A DNA stretch of 63,946 nt, filler included, from Octopus bimaculoides (GCF_001194135.2; 7 parts of 6 records of this genome joined end to end with filler, not necessarily neighbours in it); one strand, 5' to 3'; shown: positions 1 through 13,529, counted from the whole stretch's first letter. Program-made: numbers and translations. Notes: a model not told the origin generated them from the letters alone.

Positions 1-62
1 TATATATATATACATATATATATATATACGTATACTTGGAAGAAGATGCGTGGCGTTCAATC

Positions 63-100
<38 letters not shown>

Positions 101-180
101 TATATATACCGGAGTAAGCACATAAAATGTGCAACAAGGTGTAAAAAGAATACTCAAATATCAGAGGTAGAGTATATATA

Positions 181-216
<36 letters not shown>

Positions 217-473
217 TGTATGTATATGTGGGCACAGGACGTCACGAAACGTGTGCAACAAAAAAATACGAAGCATGAGTACATGGAACATAAATTATTC
301 TTTCGAACAACGAAAGACACAAATGGAAAACAAGACAAACAACATAAAGAATGACGCTTCACCAGTTGTTATCTGTTTTTCTACTCTCGTATTTCGAGCA
401 TTTATCGACAATATACGCTTTCGATAAAATGATTGCTCCCGCAAAGCAAATTAAATAAAATTATTTGGGATTA

Positions 474-635
474 TTGCGGAGGGGCAAAATTGGTAACACA
501 AACAGGACAGTGAAAACAAACAGGAAGGGCTGCTAAGCCTAAACGACGTTGTGGTGGCGAACGCGTAAGATCAAGCTTGGACAGGAGACAAACAATAACA
601 CGTCTGTTTGTGTTACCAATTTTGACCCTCCGCAA
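474..635. repeat. Fold-back element with about 32-bp inverted arms
   Basis: ttgcggaggggcaaaattggtaacacaaacag pairs with ctgtttgtgttaccaattttgaccctccgcaa (1 mismatch). Confidence 0.75.
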
Positions 636-646
636 ANNNNNNNNNN

Positions 647-677
<31 letters not shown>

Positions 678-682
<5 letters not shown>

Positions 683-1288
683 GAGAATGGAACAACAAAT
701 ACAAGAAAAAGCAATAGTGTTGGACTAGTTAGCCGCTGTTGTATTACTGGAGGTTATGTAATGAGTTATTGTGGAGGTTGAGGTTATGTAGTGAGTCATT
801 GTGTATGTTATGCAATAGTCATTTACGTACGTTTCAATCAAGCCAGTGGTTTGGCAGATCTCATCAGAATGTTGAGGAGTATGTTCAGTTTGTGGTGTGC
901 GAAATGTAGGAGAAGTGATTAGTGGGTGTATTAATGTATGTGGTGATGTAATAGTAGAGATAGGTGAAGAAAGCCTTACGTTTTAGTTGGAGTTGTGTTG
1001 GTCTTCCTGTAGGGGGATGTAGGATGGGTGCTATTTAAGCTCATTGTTCCAGCGGCTAACTAGTCCAACAGTATTGCTTTTTCTTGTATTTGTTGCTCCA
1101 TTCTCCACATAAATATAATTATAAACTACAGTTTAAGCAGTAAATTAACTGCCTCTGGATGCCCTCTTCCCAAGACGGTACCGTACAGGTGATCCCCAGG
1201 AGTGCCTCCGGATTTAAACATCCCCTGGTTGATTGGATGCTTCAGACTACCCCTGAAGGATCGAGGCAAGACTATCACTTACTTATAT
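678..1288 (-). mobile_element. Penelope-like terminal repeat with inverted segment and hammerhead
   Basis: A 61-bp inverted repeat (678-738 vs 1050-1110, 2 mismatches) encloses the hammerhead at 820-871. The element runs into an N-gap at 1289. Penelope assignment is inferred from the ribozyme form. Confidence 0.5.
820..871 (-). ncRNA. Minimal type-I hammerhead ribozyme (canonical core)
   Basis: Minus strand reads CATT-CTGATGA-gatctgccaaaccactggcttgatt-GAAAC-GTAC-GTA-AATG. Stem I is CATT/AATG, stem II pairs, stem III is the palindrome ACGTACGT, and the cleavage triplet is GUA. Confidence 0.75.
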
Positions 1289-1591
1289 NNNNNNNNNNNN
1301 NNNNNNNNNNNNNNNNNNNNNNNNNNNNNNNNNNNNNNNNNNNNNNNNNNNNNNNNNNNNNNNNNNNNNNNNNNNNNNNNNNNNNNNNNNNNNNNNNNNN
1401 NNNNNNNNNNNNNNNNNNNNNNNNNNNNNNNNNNNNNNNNNNNNNNNNNNNNNNNNNNNNNNNNNNNNNNNNNNNNNNNNNNNNNNNNNNNNNNNNNNNN
1501 NNNNNNNNNNNNNNNNNNNNNNNNNNNNNNNNNNNNNNNNNNNNNNNNNNNNNNNNNNNNNNNNNNNNNNNNNNNTATATATATATATATA

Positions 1592-2240
1592 TCAGATCAT
1601 CCCGTAAGTAATGTTTGAAGTTCTATATTTTTCATTTTGCAAACGCTTTAACAGCATTTTAGAATGTCTATTGGCATCAAGTAATATTTATATGTATTTC
1701 GACATATCTAAACTAATTAAATTTCATTTTGCAGGATAATCTAATTGAAGGTTCACTAATTATAAGCTCTTCAAACATAAAAGTGTTTAAGGAGCATTTG
1801 AGGCACATCATGCTTTATGACTTTAAAAAATTGAACCCTTCAGCTGAAGCGATTCGAAATATTCACTCAGCTTATGGAGGAGTGTACCCGAATGAAAGAA
1901 CTTGCAGAAGATGATTTGTAAAATTCAGAAGTGGAGATTTCAGTCGTGAAGATGATGTCCGAATAGGACGTCCAATTGTGTTTGATGACAAGCTCCTTTT
2001 GCCAGAACTTGAAAAAGATAATGCAGTTTCACTTGAAGAATTGGCAAGCAAGCTTCGTTCAAGCTATACGAACTGTTCACCGCCATCTTCAACGGTTTGG
2101 GAAGGTATCAAACCTCAGAAAATGAGTGTCTCATGATATTTCTGAAGCCAACCAGAAATCCCGAGTGGACATCTGCTCTTCTCTTCGTTTGCGTGAACTC
2201 ATCTCACTCTTTTTGGGCAGACTGCTGACCGGTGATGCAA
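1592..2240 (+). mobile_element. 5' portion of a degenerate mariner element
   Basis: TA followed by TIR-like TCAGATCATCCCGTAAGTAATG, related to the 40705 TIR. Peptide KEHLRHIMLYDFKK..RTCRR*FVKFRSGDFSREDDVRIGRP..RLLTGD, with stops and frameshifts. Confidence 0.85.
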
Positions 2241-2784
2241 TAGAGTTGTTTTGTTGATGAAATCAGCTTGTAATTGAGATTTCTCTTTAACCAATGTTAA
2301 CTCAGTAACGCATCGATTTTATCCCCCAGTTGGGATGACAAGATATACGATGCACTTATTCAAACAATGGTTATCCAAGGGACATAAGTCATTGTTTCAA
2401 AAGTTACATTTATCTGTTTGTATTGTAGTGAAGGTTTAGATCACTATGCAAAAGATTAGCTTCTCTATTAAAAGGGTCGGTGAAATAACTTGCTGTTTAT
2501 ATTCCTTCTGTTAAATAATTTATGAATTTTCTTGTCTTTGAGGAATTATTTGCCAATGATTTATGGGAAGAATTGTCTTGTCACTCGAGTCGTAAAGTTC
2601 TCGAGTCGTAAAGATTAAACGAGATTATATTGCTGACTTTGGTGCGAAGAAGTTTTGTCGTTGTTTGTTTCTTTTAGATGAATTATTTGGTGCTTTTGAA
2701 GTGGCTATGGATGAGCGCCTTCGGGTTGTACTTGTTTCACTGAAGCAGTGTTTATACGTTTACTTATAAACGTATGCATATACA

Positions 2785-2818
<34 letters not shown>

Positions 2819-2879
2819 CATGAGTGACTGATATATATATATCTATATCAGTCACTCAGTCAGTTTATCTATCTGTCTG

Positions 2880-2930
<51 letters not shown>

Positions 2931-4187
2931 GTGTATGTGTGTGTAGGGGGGTACGTGTGTGTGTGTGTAATCGTGTAATCAGTGACAAAACATATAGACT
3001 AGTATGACTTCTCGGATACATTCTTATCGCTTATCATGGATACTATCAGCCAGTTCTTAGTCCGGAAGCCATATTTCAGAAAATAACCTCAAAACACAAC
3101 TACAAGATCAGTCTTTCGCTCTCTGCCACCCTTCTTTCTCTCACTCTTTCCTCTCTCTCTCTATTTTTTCTCTTCACGTTCCACTTGCTGTTTGCTGCTT
3201 CTGTCCAAATAACAAGTCAATACTCATATATAGCTTACAACCACCAATTCCATACACTTTTGCAGGTATATGTATTACAAAGAAATAGCCAACACCCACA
3301 ACTAATGTTCATATGTTGTGTTGTCTTCATCGGGCAGTGTTTCCCATTCATCTGCGTATGGGCAAGACTTTTGGAGGAAGACTGGTTGTTGGCCATACTT
3401 ACAAGTCTTTCTCTTTCATCAATGTTTGAAGCTAAGGAAAGTCCGTTGTCTTAGCTTCGCACCAGACGTTGTTGTCAGAAAGCAAGATATCTTGTTCGAC
3501 CCTTCAAACAATTCCACACCGAAATGATAAAGGGAAAGTTAACGTCCAATTGATTTGATCTCACAACGCAGTGTCGGTACAAAAGCGGCGAGGCATTCTA
3601 TCAACCATACTTATCACCCTGCCAAATCGCCGTCTCCAGCCACAATTAATAGCCACAGCCAATAGCTACAACTTCTAATTAATTTCTCCTGTATTTCTCA
3701 TCTATTGCCGGATAAATTGTCTCAGCATGAATTCTGGCCGTGATTGCTGTCTCGTCACACACTTAAACACATCAAACAACCATCTTAACATGGCACTTAG
3801 CAACCAAACCACAAGAGTATAGCAGAAGTAACGATAACGCATCCAATACAGAAATCTTGTTCAAATACTGGAATCTGTTGTTATTGTTTTTCGGTGGTTT
3901 TTACTGTACTTTTGTTTTTATTTTTGTTAAATTTGTAGGTATTTTTTATTGCAGCTAATATTGTTTTTTTTTTTTTTTTTTTTNNNNNNNNNNNNNNNNN
4001 NNNNNNNNNNNNNNNNNNNNNNNNNNNNNNNNNNNNNNNNNNNNNNNNNNNNNNNNNNNNNNNNNNNNNNNNNNNNNNNNNNNNNNNNNNNNNNNNNNNN
4101 NNNNNNNNNNNNNNNNNNNNNNNNNNNNNNNNNNNNNNNNNNNNNNNNNNNNNNNNNNNNNNNNNNNNNNNNNNNNNNNNNNNNNNN

Positions 4188-4549
4188 ATACAGATAAGTG
4201 CCTATGTATGCATAAGATCATGGACATGTACATACATACATGCATACCTATAGATATCTAAACCTGAATCTTCAGAGATTGTAACTCCATTCTTTACAAT
4301 TCCGATCTTCGAGCGATAATAGGAATTATAAACTAATGAACTTTGATGTATATATATATATATATATATAGATACATACACACATTAATATACAGATAAG
4401 TGCCTATGTATGCATAAGATCATGGACATGTACATACATACATGCATACCTATAGATATCTAAACCTGAATCTTCAGAGATTGTAACTCCATTCTTTACA
4501 ATTCCGATCTTCGAGCGATAATAGGAATTATAAACTAATGAACTTTGAT
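4188..4549. repeat. Two identical 160-bp direct copies (4188-4347, 4390-4549)
   Basis: Identical text, and the first copy starts right at an N-gap. Confidence 0.9.
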
Positions 4550-6999
4550 TTATATATACAGAAAAAGTAATTGTTAAATATAAATGAAATATTAGAGAAG
4601 TAACTACACAACTGGAAGACTTTTGATTGGTTGGTATCGCTTGCGTATTTTGATCAAAATACTTCAGTGGTCATGTGTTAAAATTGTCGAAATGATTAAG
4701 TAAAGTTTTGCATTCGATGTTAAACTGTGAATGCGTTATAAAGATGAAAACTTTTGAGAGTAATGTTTTGGTGTTCTATCAACGCTGAGAAAAAAAAAGT
4801 TATTACTTTGTGTTCATTGTTTAAGATGTTGTTATGCATTTCAAATACTTTTAAAATTCGTTATTTTCTTGTTCTTCAGCATCGAAATGTATTCAAGAGA
4901 ACGTAATACTGAATTAGGATTTCTAAAAATGCCTTTCAGTCAAATTGTATCTTAATTTTAAAAGGTTTTTAGTCAAACTAATGTCATCGTTATATTATAG
5001 TCAAAATAATATAAAATGGTGATGAACGCAGGATCATTGTCCTTTCATAACGTCATGCGTTAAACAATGGGATTTCATAGTCAAAATCTGTTTAAGGAAC
5101 GCTTATCGAGATTATAACAATGACAATTGGTATTGTTTTCTATTTCTGTAGCCAAATTTTGAAACAGGAACAAGTTAGCAATATTCGTAATAATATTGAA
5201 AATATTATTATAAAGAGTTGTTTTTTTAAATCGATTTTAAGCAAATAGGAATGTGCTCTACGTAAACTGAAGCATGAGTGTTTTACAACAGAGCTATTTA
5301 AAGTTTTCAGTTTTATCAATTAATATTATCATTTTCCTACAATAATCTTTTTCTTGAAACTGCTGAGTTGCACTGCTTCATTATAATCATCTGCTGATTT
5401 CGTAAAACAAAATCGATCAGGTGCATTATTAATTTGATAAATTATTGATTTTTATCTTTAGTCAGGAGAGAAGAAAGTACCCATGACCCACTTGAAGAAT
5501 GGAGGATGAAGGTGGGGGATAAAGTATCCTTAAAGCGGAGACTTAGCCCAAATGCTGTTAACAGATGGGACTCTGCTAATGACATCTTCACGGGGTCAAA
5601 GAAGTGGTGGTGTGGAACCAGGTGAACGATTCAATGTTCCACCCAAGTAAGACCATGACGGTATTTGAACACAGAGCACAGTGAGTCGGAGCAAATACCG
5701 CAAGGTATCTAGTCTTAAGTTCTCACAGTTCCACCAATCCACCGCTTCGTATTTTTTAATCGACCTAGAAAGAATGAAAGGCAAAATGGATTTTAGCGGG
5801 ATTGGAACTCACATTACAAAGAATCGAAATAACTACAGCGAAGCATTCTGTCCAACGTTATAAGTTATTTCTCATGCAAGCATGTTTATCGTTTATTTTC
5901 TCATTCAGACTGCTATCTTTTTTACTTGCTTCCGTCATTAGACTGCGGCCAGGTTGGGATACAGCCTTGAAGAATTTTTAGTTGAATGTATCGAACCCAC
6001 GACGTTTTTTTTAAGGCTTGTACTTAATCTATCGTCCACTTTTGCTAAGCCGCAAAGTTACGGGCGCAAACACACACACACACGACTGGATTCCACACAC
6101 TTGCCGTCAGCCAAATGGACTCATGAGATAGGGATGTTTACACTCTATTCTTTTCCCCCTGCCTCTCTATCAACATAACTATCCTAGAAACTAGCTAATT
6201 TTAATTTTTTGTAGGTTTTTTTAGATTTTAGTTTTCTTTGTTTGTAATTTTAAGTTTACGTTTGAAACTTTAATTTTAAATTTTAGCTTTAATTCTTCAT
6301 CCTTTACCTCATATCATTTAATGGCCACGAAGCTTGAAATACAATTTTAAATATCTGCACTAAACTATTGTCATTATAACCTTACCTAGATTGGCCTTCC
6401 ACCCCAACTCTACTGAAACTTTAACATTTGACCTCTAACCCCCATACAATACTGACACATCTATATCGTTACCTTTATTTATTTATATCTTATTATTCTT
6501 TACCCTGTTACCTCTCTCTTATTGTATTTTATTCCCTTTCCCCTCTCTTCCATACGCACTCATTCACAAAATCCATTTAGGATATACCTATCATTACCTT
6601 TTCTTATCTTTTATCATTTTTATTATTACCATTTTAATATTTTTATTTTTATTTTTAATTTATTCTTATTTTTCCCTTTTACTACTATCTTATTTTATAA
6701 TCCTTTCTCCTACCTCTCTTTCACTCTTTCTCCTCTCTCTCCCTCTCTCTCTCTCTCTCATACAGCCACTCACAAGACCCATTTATGTCCTTCATACTTT
6801 CACGTTCAATATGCACATTTGCAATATAAATACATCATTCAGAATACTGCCAAAATACTGCCTGAATTTATCTGGGATTTCAACTAAAAACCTCATGGAA
6901 GTACCGATCAACATCTTTATCCACTGGAAAAAGATGAGCTGTGAACAGTATCCGTCTGCCTATATTCTTCTTTTTCCCCGTCTAAAATATTCATGCCTG

Positions 7000-7075
7000 G
7001 TCTCTGATGATGGAATACCCAGTGCACGGACATGCTAACCAACCACTTGGGTTATCTCAGAAACGGCTATAAGAC
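7000..7075 (+). ncRNA. Hammerhead motif, family H1, degenerate copy
   Basis: GTCT-CTGATGA...GAAAC-GGCT-ATA-AGAC. Homologous to 51486-51561 over about 140 bp, but the stem III palindrome is broken. Confidence 0.55.
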
Positions 7076-7226
7076 TTCAAATTCACCTTACCCTAATTAA
7101 ATTATTCTGACTTGAGATACTCATTCTGTTTTAGTTTTGATATTTCCTCTAATAATATAATATAATATAATATAATATAATATAATATAATATAATATGT
7201 ATATACATATATATGAATGAATGATA

Positions 7227-7746
<520 letters not shown>

Positions 7747-7882
7747 TATAAACGAATATGAAAAAAAAATGTGTCTATCTACGAATGTAGTGTATACATA
7801 TATACACATGTATAGTATGTATTGTGCGTAGAGTTAGATGTATACATACATGCATGCATACATACATACATACGTACATACA

Positions 7883-7916
<34 letters not shown>

Positions 7917-10463
7917 CATACATACATACATATATAGAGAGAGAGTGAGAAATAAATATATACATATACATATATATACACATATATATATANNNNNNNN
8001 NNNNNNNNNNNNNNNNNNNNNNNNNNNNNNNNNNNNNNNNNNNNNNNNNNNNNNNNNNNNNNNNNNNNNNNNNNNNNNNNNNNNNNNNNNNNNNNNNNNN
8101 NNNNNNNNNNNNNNNNNNNNNNNNNNNNNNNNNNNNNNNNNNNNNNNNNNNNNNNNNNNNNNNNNNNNNNNNNNNNNNNNNNNNNNNNNNNNNNNNNNNN
8201 NNNNNNNNNNNNNNNNNNNNNNNNNNNNNNNNNNNNNNNNNNNNNNNNNNNNNNNNNNNNNNTTATCTGTGTAAGTACACGCACAGACGTGTACGCACAT
8301 ATACATATATATTCGTGGATGCGCGATACTAGATAAGTACGTACGCAAATAACCTCCATCGATTTTTCTCTCAACCTGTATACATTTTACTCCGTCTCCC
8401 TTTTCCCTTCTCTTCTCTACGTCCTCTCTCTCTCTCTCTCTCTCTCCTCCACCTCCTCCTCCCTCCCTCCTTCCCACTTCCCCCTCCTCCTCTACCGTTG
8501 CATCTCTCAAGACGTGTGCGCTGCATAAGTGGTGCAGTAACGAGATTACATCTTGGCAAGCTGCAGAAACATGAGGCATGGTGTGTTTCCTTCGTCAAGC
8601 AATTACGTTAATGGTTTCCTGGTGTTAGCTTCTAATGTAGCTGAGCTGCTCCACACTCGAAGACACCAGCCTTGCTTTAGCCTCGTTTTCGTTGTTGCCG
8701 GCTTCCAGACTCTCATTAAGGTATTTCAATTGAGCAGAAGGCTTCTTACTCGGCTTTAATACACTCGTTGGAGTTGTAGTGGTGGTAGTGGTTGTGGTGG
8801 TGGTGATGGTGGTGGTGGGGGGTGATGTGCCGGTAGTGGTAGTGATGGTGTTGCTTTTGTGGTATTCGAGCTGGTGGTGCTGCTGATGTCACTGGTATTG
8901 TTCGCGGTTGTGGTGGTGGTGGCGGTGGTAGTGGTGTGGTGGTGGTGGCGGTTCTGATGGTTCTGTTGTTGCTGTTGTTGTGATAGATTATCTCATCCCT
9001 TGGTCAGTCTTGACTAATATGACATGCATAACGAAAGACATGCCAAAGGTGACCCTCACGTCAGTTTTACATATTTAGAACTGTTTCCGATTTATCCTTT
9101 TCTTCTATTAAATTGTTGGTAGAAACTTGGTAGAAATTGGTCTTGCAGTGTGACCCACTGAACCGAACCCCCCTCTGTCCCTTGACTGAAGCAGAGGAGT
9201 ACAAGTGAAACAGGTGGATGTCGTGGTGTCCATGCTGTCCTGTGATACATCCACTGTCGCTACTGATTTTATTCTCAAACCCGACACCTTGTTTTCCTCT
9301 TTCCATCCCTCTACCTTCCTATACCTTCCGGGCGATGTTTCGCTCAATACGTATCGAGATAGCTGTCAAGGTACGCCTGGTTGTATTCCTGTCTTCCACT
9401 ATCATAGCGATAGTTCAGTTATCTTTATATCTTTTTTTTTTATCTCTTAGTGAAGAGGTAACGCAGTGCCCACGAACCTCAAACTTGTTTGGAAGCTGTC
9501 CTCAATCTCGGTCCGAATACTTGCAATAGAGTGGACCCTGCTAAAGACATCCAAGGTGCTAGAGTTGAGGTGATGTTGTTAAATTGACTGACCGCTTATG
9601 TTTATCACCACGCCAGGCCTTGGTGGGATTTGAATTTAAGACGCAAAGAGTCGCAGCAAATCAGGATCGGTATCGGTCCGACCCTTTTTAAAATTCAGCC
9701 GACTCATCACCATCCTTGTTGCTACTTTTTATTGAATGTGAAAAGATGAACGACCAAGTTGATCTTTGCAGGATTTGAACTAGATGTATAGAGAGTCTGT
9801 GCAAATACCACTGCGCCCCTTTTAACCACAACATGCCACAAGTAATTTGATGTCAGTTTAGAAATTAAGTTTCTTGGTTCTAATCTTGTCCAGTTTTATG
9901 AATATATCCAGGTATAAGACATCTGATGACGGCGGGAGACAAAAGTAATCGATACATTAATAAAAAAGTAAATAGTTTCGGAAAATGTTTCATCTCTGGA
10001 GTAGAGTTTAAATGGTTATTGATATCTCTTTCAATCAGTTTTTATGTGGAACTGCCTGCATGTAGACATTTAATATATCAAAGCCACTCACCTGATGATG
10101 TGCCGGGAAACAACTGTTACTGGATCATATTTATTCATGTAATTATTTATAAAATAGTTTCTATAATAGTATATGGAAACTCAGCAACAAACTGCTTTTA
10201 CCACTGTGCAGAAACAATTGCTGTGATTTGTAATTAAAACCTGTTCACTCCACATTCTTGTTTTATAAATTTTGACATTTAACATAGTTATATGGCTTGT
10301 GTATTTCATTATGAGGAATTACAGCCGGAAATGGAGTTGGTTAGAATCATAATAACACAACAGTTGTCTTCCACATGAACGTTTCAAACAATATTTCATC
10401 AGCAATTAATGCTGTGTTTCTTTCTCACGTTTTAAAGAAAATATGTGTGTGTGCATGTGTGTA

Positions 10464-10531
<68 letters not shown>

Positions 10532-10532
<1 letters not shown>

Positions 10533-11392
10533 GGGCGCAATTTGAACTCTTATTCAACGGAATTGTAGCAGCAATTGTATGGTGCGACAAAAAGCCCATT
10601 TATTTTGTAACTTATGCATTTATAACTCATCTCCCAGGACAAGCACAAAGATACAATAGTAAAGAGCGGAGAAGACTTCCTGTGGTTTGCCCAAAAGCTG
10701 TCCAAGGTTTCAATGCTTACTAATAAAAATGACTAACTTACCATACTGTATCGGAGCAGACGCCATTACACATGTCCACGTAGTCTTACTATGAAGTTTT
10801 TTTTTATGTGAGCCACGTATAATGCGCATGTTATCATGGGACATTATAAGCCACATAATTCCCAGGGACAAAAAGTGTTTACATTCCATGCATTTGTTGA
10901 AAAACTCTGCTATGAACTTGTAGGCAATTATCGCCAACTATTACTGGTGAAAATACATCTGAACACGGACGCCTACAAGATTACGGACCACACGAAGTGG
11001 AAAGAGCTCCTCATGCAACTTCGGACAATAGATGTGTAGTGTGCCTAGAAAAGCACAACAGGGTCAGACAACAAAATCCATGTGTTACATATAAGGACCT
11101 TCCCAAAACGTCAAAAACAGTTTACTGGTGTAATTATTGTAAAGTTTTCTTGTGTGTCGGGGTACCACAGCAATATTGTTGGCAGGACTGGCACGCTAAA
11201 GTTCAGTTTTGGAGGTAGAAGTGAGAAAATAAAATAAACAACATGAAATAGGTGTTTTATTCGTTTATTTACCATAAATAACAAAAAAATCTAGCACATG
11301 AATAAAAATAAATCATAACGGAATATTTTGCAAATTTTCACTGAGCGCTCAGGGTGGAGGTCATGTCAGGATGGGCTCATAGGTTCAAAGGG
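10532..11392 (+). mobile_element. piggyBac transposon 3' remnant
   Basis: Frameshifted transposase pieces IVWCDKKPIYF, CPKAVQGFNAY and FVEKLCYELVG, a C-terminal Cys-rich domain (CVVC..KTVYWCNYCKVFLC..CWQDWH*), and a right end ...AAAGGG|TTAA at 11392. No left end was found. Confidence 0.85.
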
Positions 11393-11617
11393 TTAAGCTG
11401 CTCGCAGTAGATCTATTACTCTGAAGAATAGTCAAATACAGGGTGTATGAGTGTGCGGAAGAGGTCAGTTTAACTAGGTTTCAAGCGTCGTCACACCAAG
11501 TTCTCACTCGACATTGGTCTAACAAACCTGAAAACAGTGAACGACATCGGAACCAACTAATACGATTACAACTACTTCTACTGCTGCTGCTGTTGTGTGA
11601 CCACGACCACGACCACG

Positions 11618-11684
<67 letters not shown>

Positions 11685-12291
11685 GAGTAGCTGACGTATC
11701 TGAGGAAAAGCGAAATATAGGAGGGAACAAACAAAAAGAGTCTAGATTTTTGGGAAAGAAACAAAACCAATAAATATAAACTAAAAAAGCAACAAACACT
11801 ACATATGAAAATAAAAGCAAAAACAAAAATACTTATAAAGCAATAAAACAACAAAAGAATCAATTAAAACAATTAAAACAAGCATAAAACAACAAAAAAA
11901 AACCGACCATCATGAAACGTTGAAGGAAAAAAGCAACAAAAAACATGCCCATCACCACCACCGCCACCATCGCCACAACACAGGCACCACCATTATCACT
12001 ACCACCACCACCACCACCATTATCACAATCGCCACATCACCACCATCTCCACCGCCGATACCAGCTCCAGCAACAGCAGTACAACTACCGCCAACATAAA
12101 CAAAACCACCGCCGCCNNNNNNNNNNNNNNNNNNNNNNNNNNNNNNNNNNNNNNNNNNNNTTAATTAATTAANNNNNNNNNNNNNNNNNNNNNNNNNNNN
12201 NNNNNNNNNNNNNNNNCACCGGTTGTCGAACGCGGTGCAGTGACAAACGCAAATACACACACACACACACACACCATAAATATTCTTCTAT

Positions 12292-12488
12292 TCTTTTACT
12301 TGTTTCAGTCACTTGATTGCGGCCATGCTGGGGCACCGCCTTAAAGGGTTTTAGTCGAACAAAATCAACTCCAGGACTTATTTTTCAAAGCCTAGTACTT
12401 ACTCATTTTCTTTTGGCTGAACCGCTCAGTTACGGGGACGTAAGCACACTAACACACGAGACGGGGGTGGTGTGGCAAACACATCCAT

Positions 12489-12537
<49 letters not shown>

Positions 12538-12696
12538 ACGGCTTCTTTCAGTTTCCGTCTACAAAATCCACTCACAAGGTTTTGGTCGGCCTGAGGCTAG
12601 AGTAGAAGACACTGGCCCAAGGTGCCACACAGTGGGACTGAACCCGGAACCATGTGGTTGGGAAGCGAGCTTCTTAGCATACAGCCACGCCTGCAC
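12292..12696 (-). mobile_element. SINE family A
   Basis: Full head and tail in reverse orientation, with an internal microsatellite. Confidence 0.85.
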
Positions 12697-13317
12697 TATC
12701 TATCTATCTATGCACACACACACACACACACACACACCTAGAACGTGTGCCTGTAGGTGTGAGCACACGTGTGTTATGTCTGTTGTAATTGTATAAGTCT
12801 TTGTGTCCCCATGTTGAATGTAACAATAAACCCCTGGCAACCACCACCACCACTACCACCACTACTATATCTNNNNNNNNNNNNNNNNNNNNNNNNNNNN
12901 NNNNNNNNNNNNNNNNNNNNNNNNNNNNNNNNNNNNNNNNNNNNNNNNNNNNNNNNNNNNNNNNNNNNNNNNNNNNNNNNNNNNNNNNNNNNNNNNNNNN
13001 NNNNNNNNNNNNNNNNGTGGTGGTGGGCGGGAGGGGTGGGGTCTCGGCAGTAGAGCAGTGATCGTCAGCAACATCTGCAGCAGCTGTTTCTATGCTGTGC
13101 CAACCGTCGCCGATACCGTTGACGCCGCCGCCGCCACCGCTACCGTCGTCTTCAGCACCACCACCACCACCATCACAAACATCATCATCATCACAAGCGT
13201 CACAACCATATGGCAACTGGTGCCTAAAGACAGCTTCAGAGTTCTGTAAATGTGCATGAATTTTATGTGTGTGTTTGTGTGTAAGTGTGCGCATGTGTGT
13301 ATGTATGTATGTATGTA

Positions 13318-13529
13318 CAAGGTGCGGCAGAAATACCTCCCACATTCGAAAGGTTGACAACAGGAAAAAGAAACAACATATATGAAAAATTAATTTCACT
13401 GTTGTTTAAACAAAGGGTTACAGTTTTTGTTCATTGGCTAAATGAAAAACATCATTGGCACTTGCATAAGTTCATTAGCAACACATAGGTGAAAGTTTAA
13501 AATGTGGGAGGTATTTCTGCCGCACCTTG
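13318..13529. mobile_element. Tc1/mariner-type MITE (212 bp)
   Basis: Perfect 29-bp TIR CAAGGTGCGGCAGAAATACCTCCCACATT with TA on both flanks. Confidence 0.9.

Noticed and set aside
4820-4885. Minus-strand CTGAAGA...GAAATGCATA
   Set aside because: Stem II is weak and the stem I partner is displaced by 4 nt; compatible with chance in AT-rich DNA.
12161-12172. Recurrent TTAATTAATTAA motif at six sites
   Set aside because: Always centred in an identical 100-bp N block; it is an assembly spacer, not a regulatory site or PacI array.
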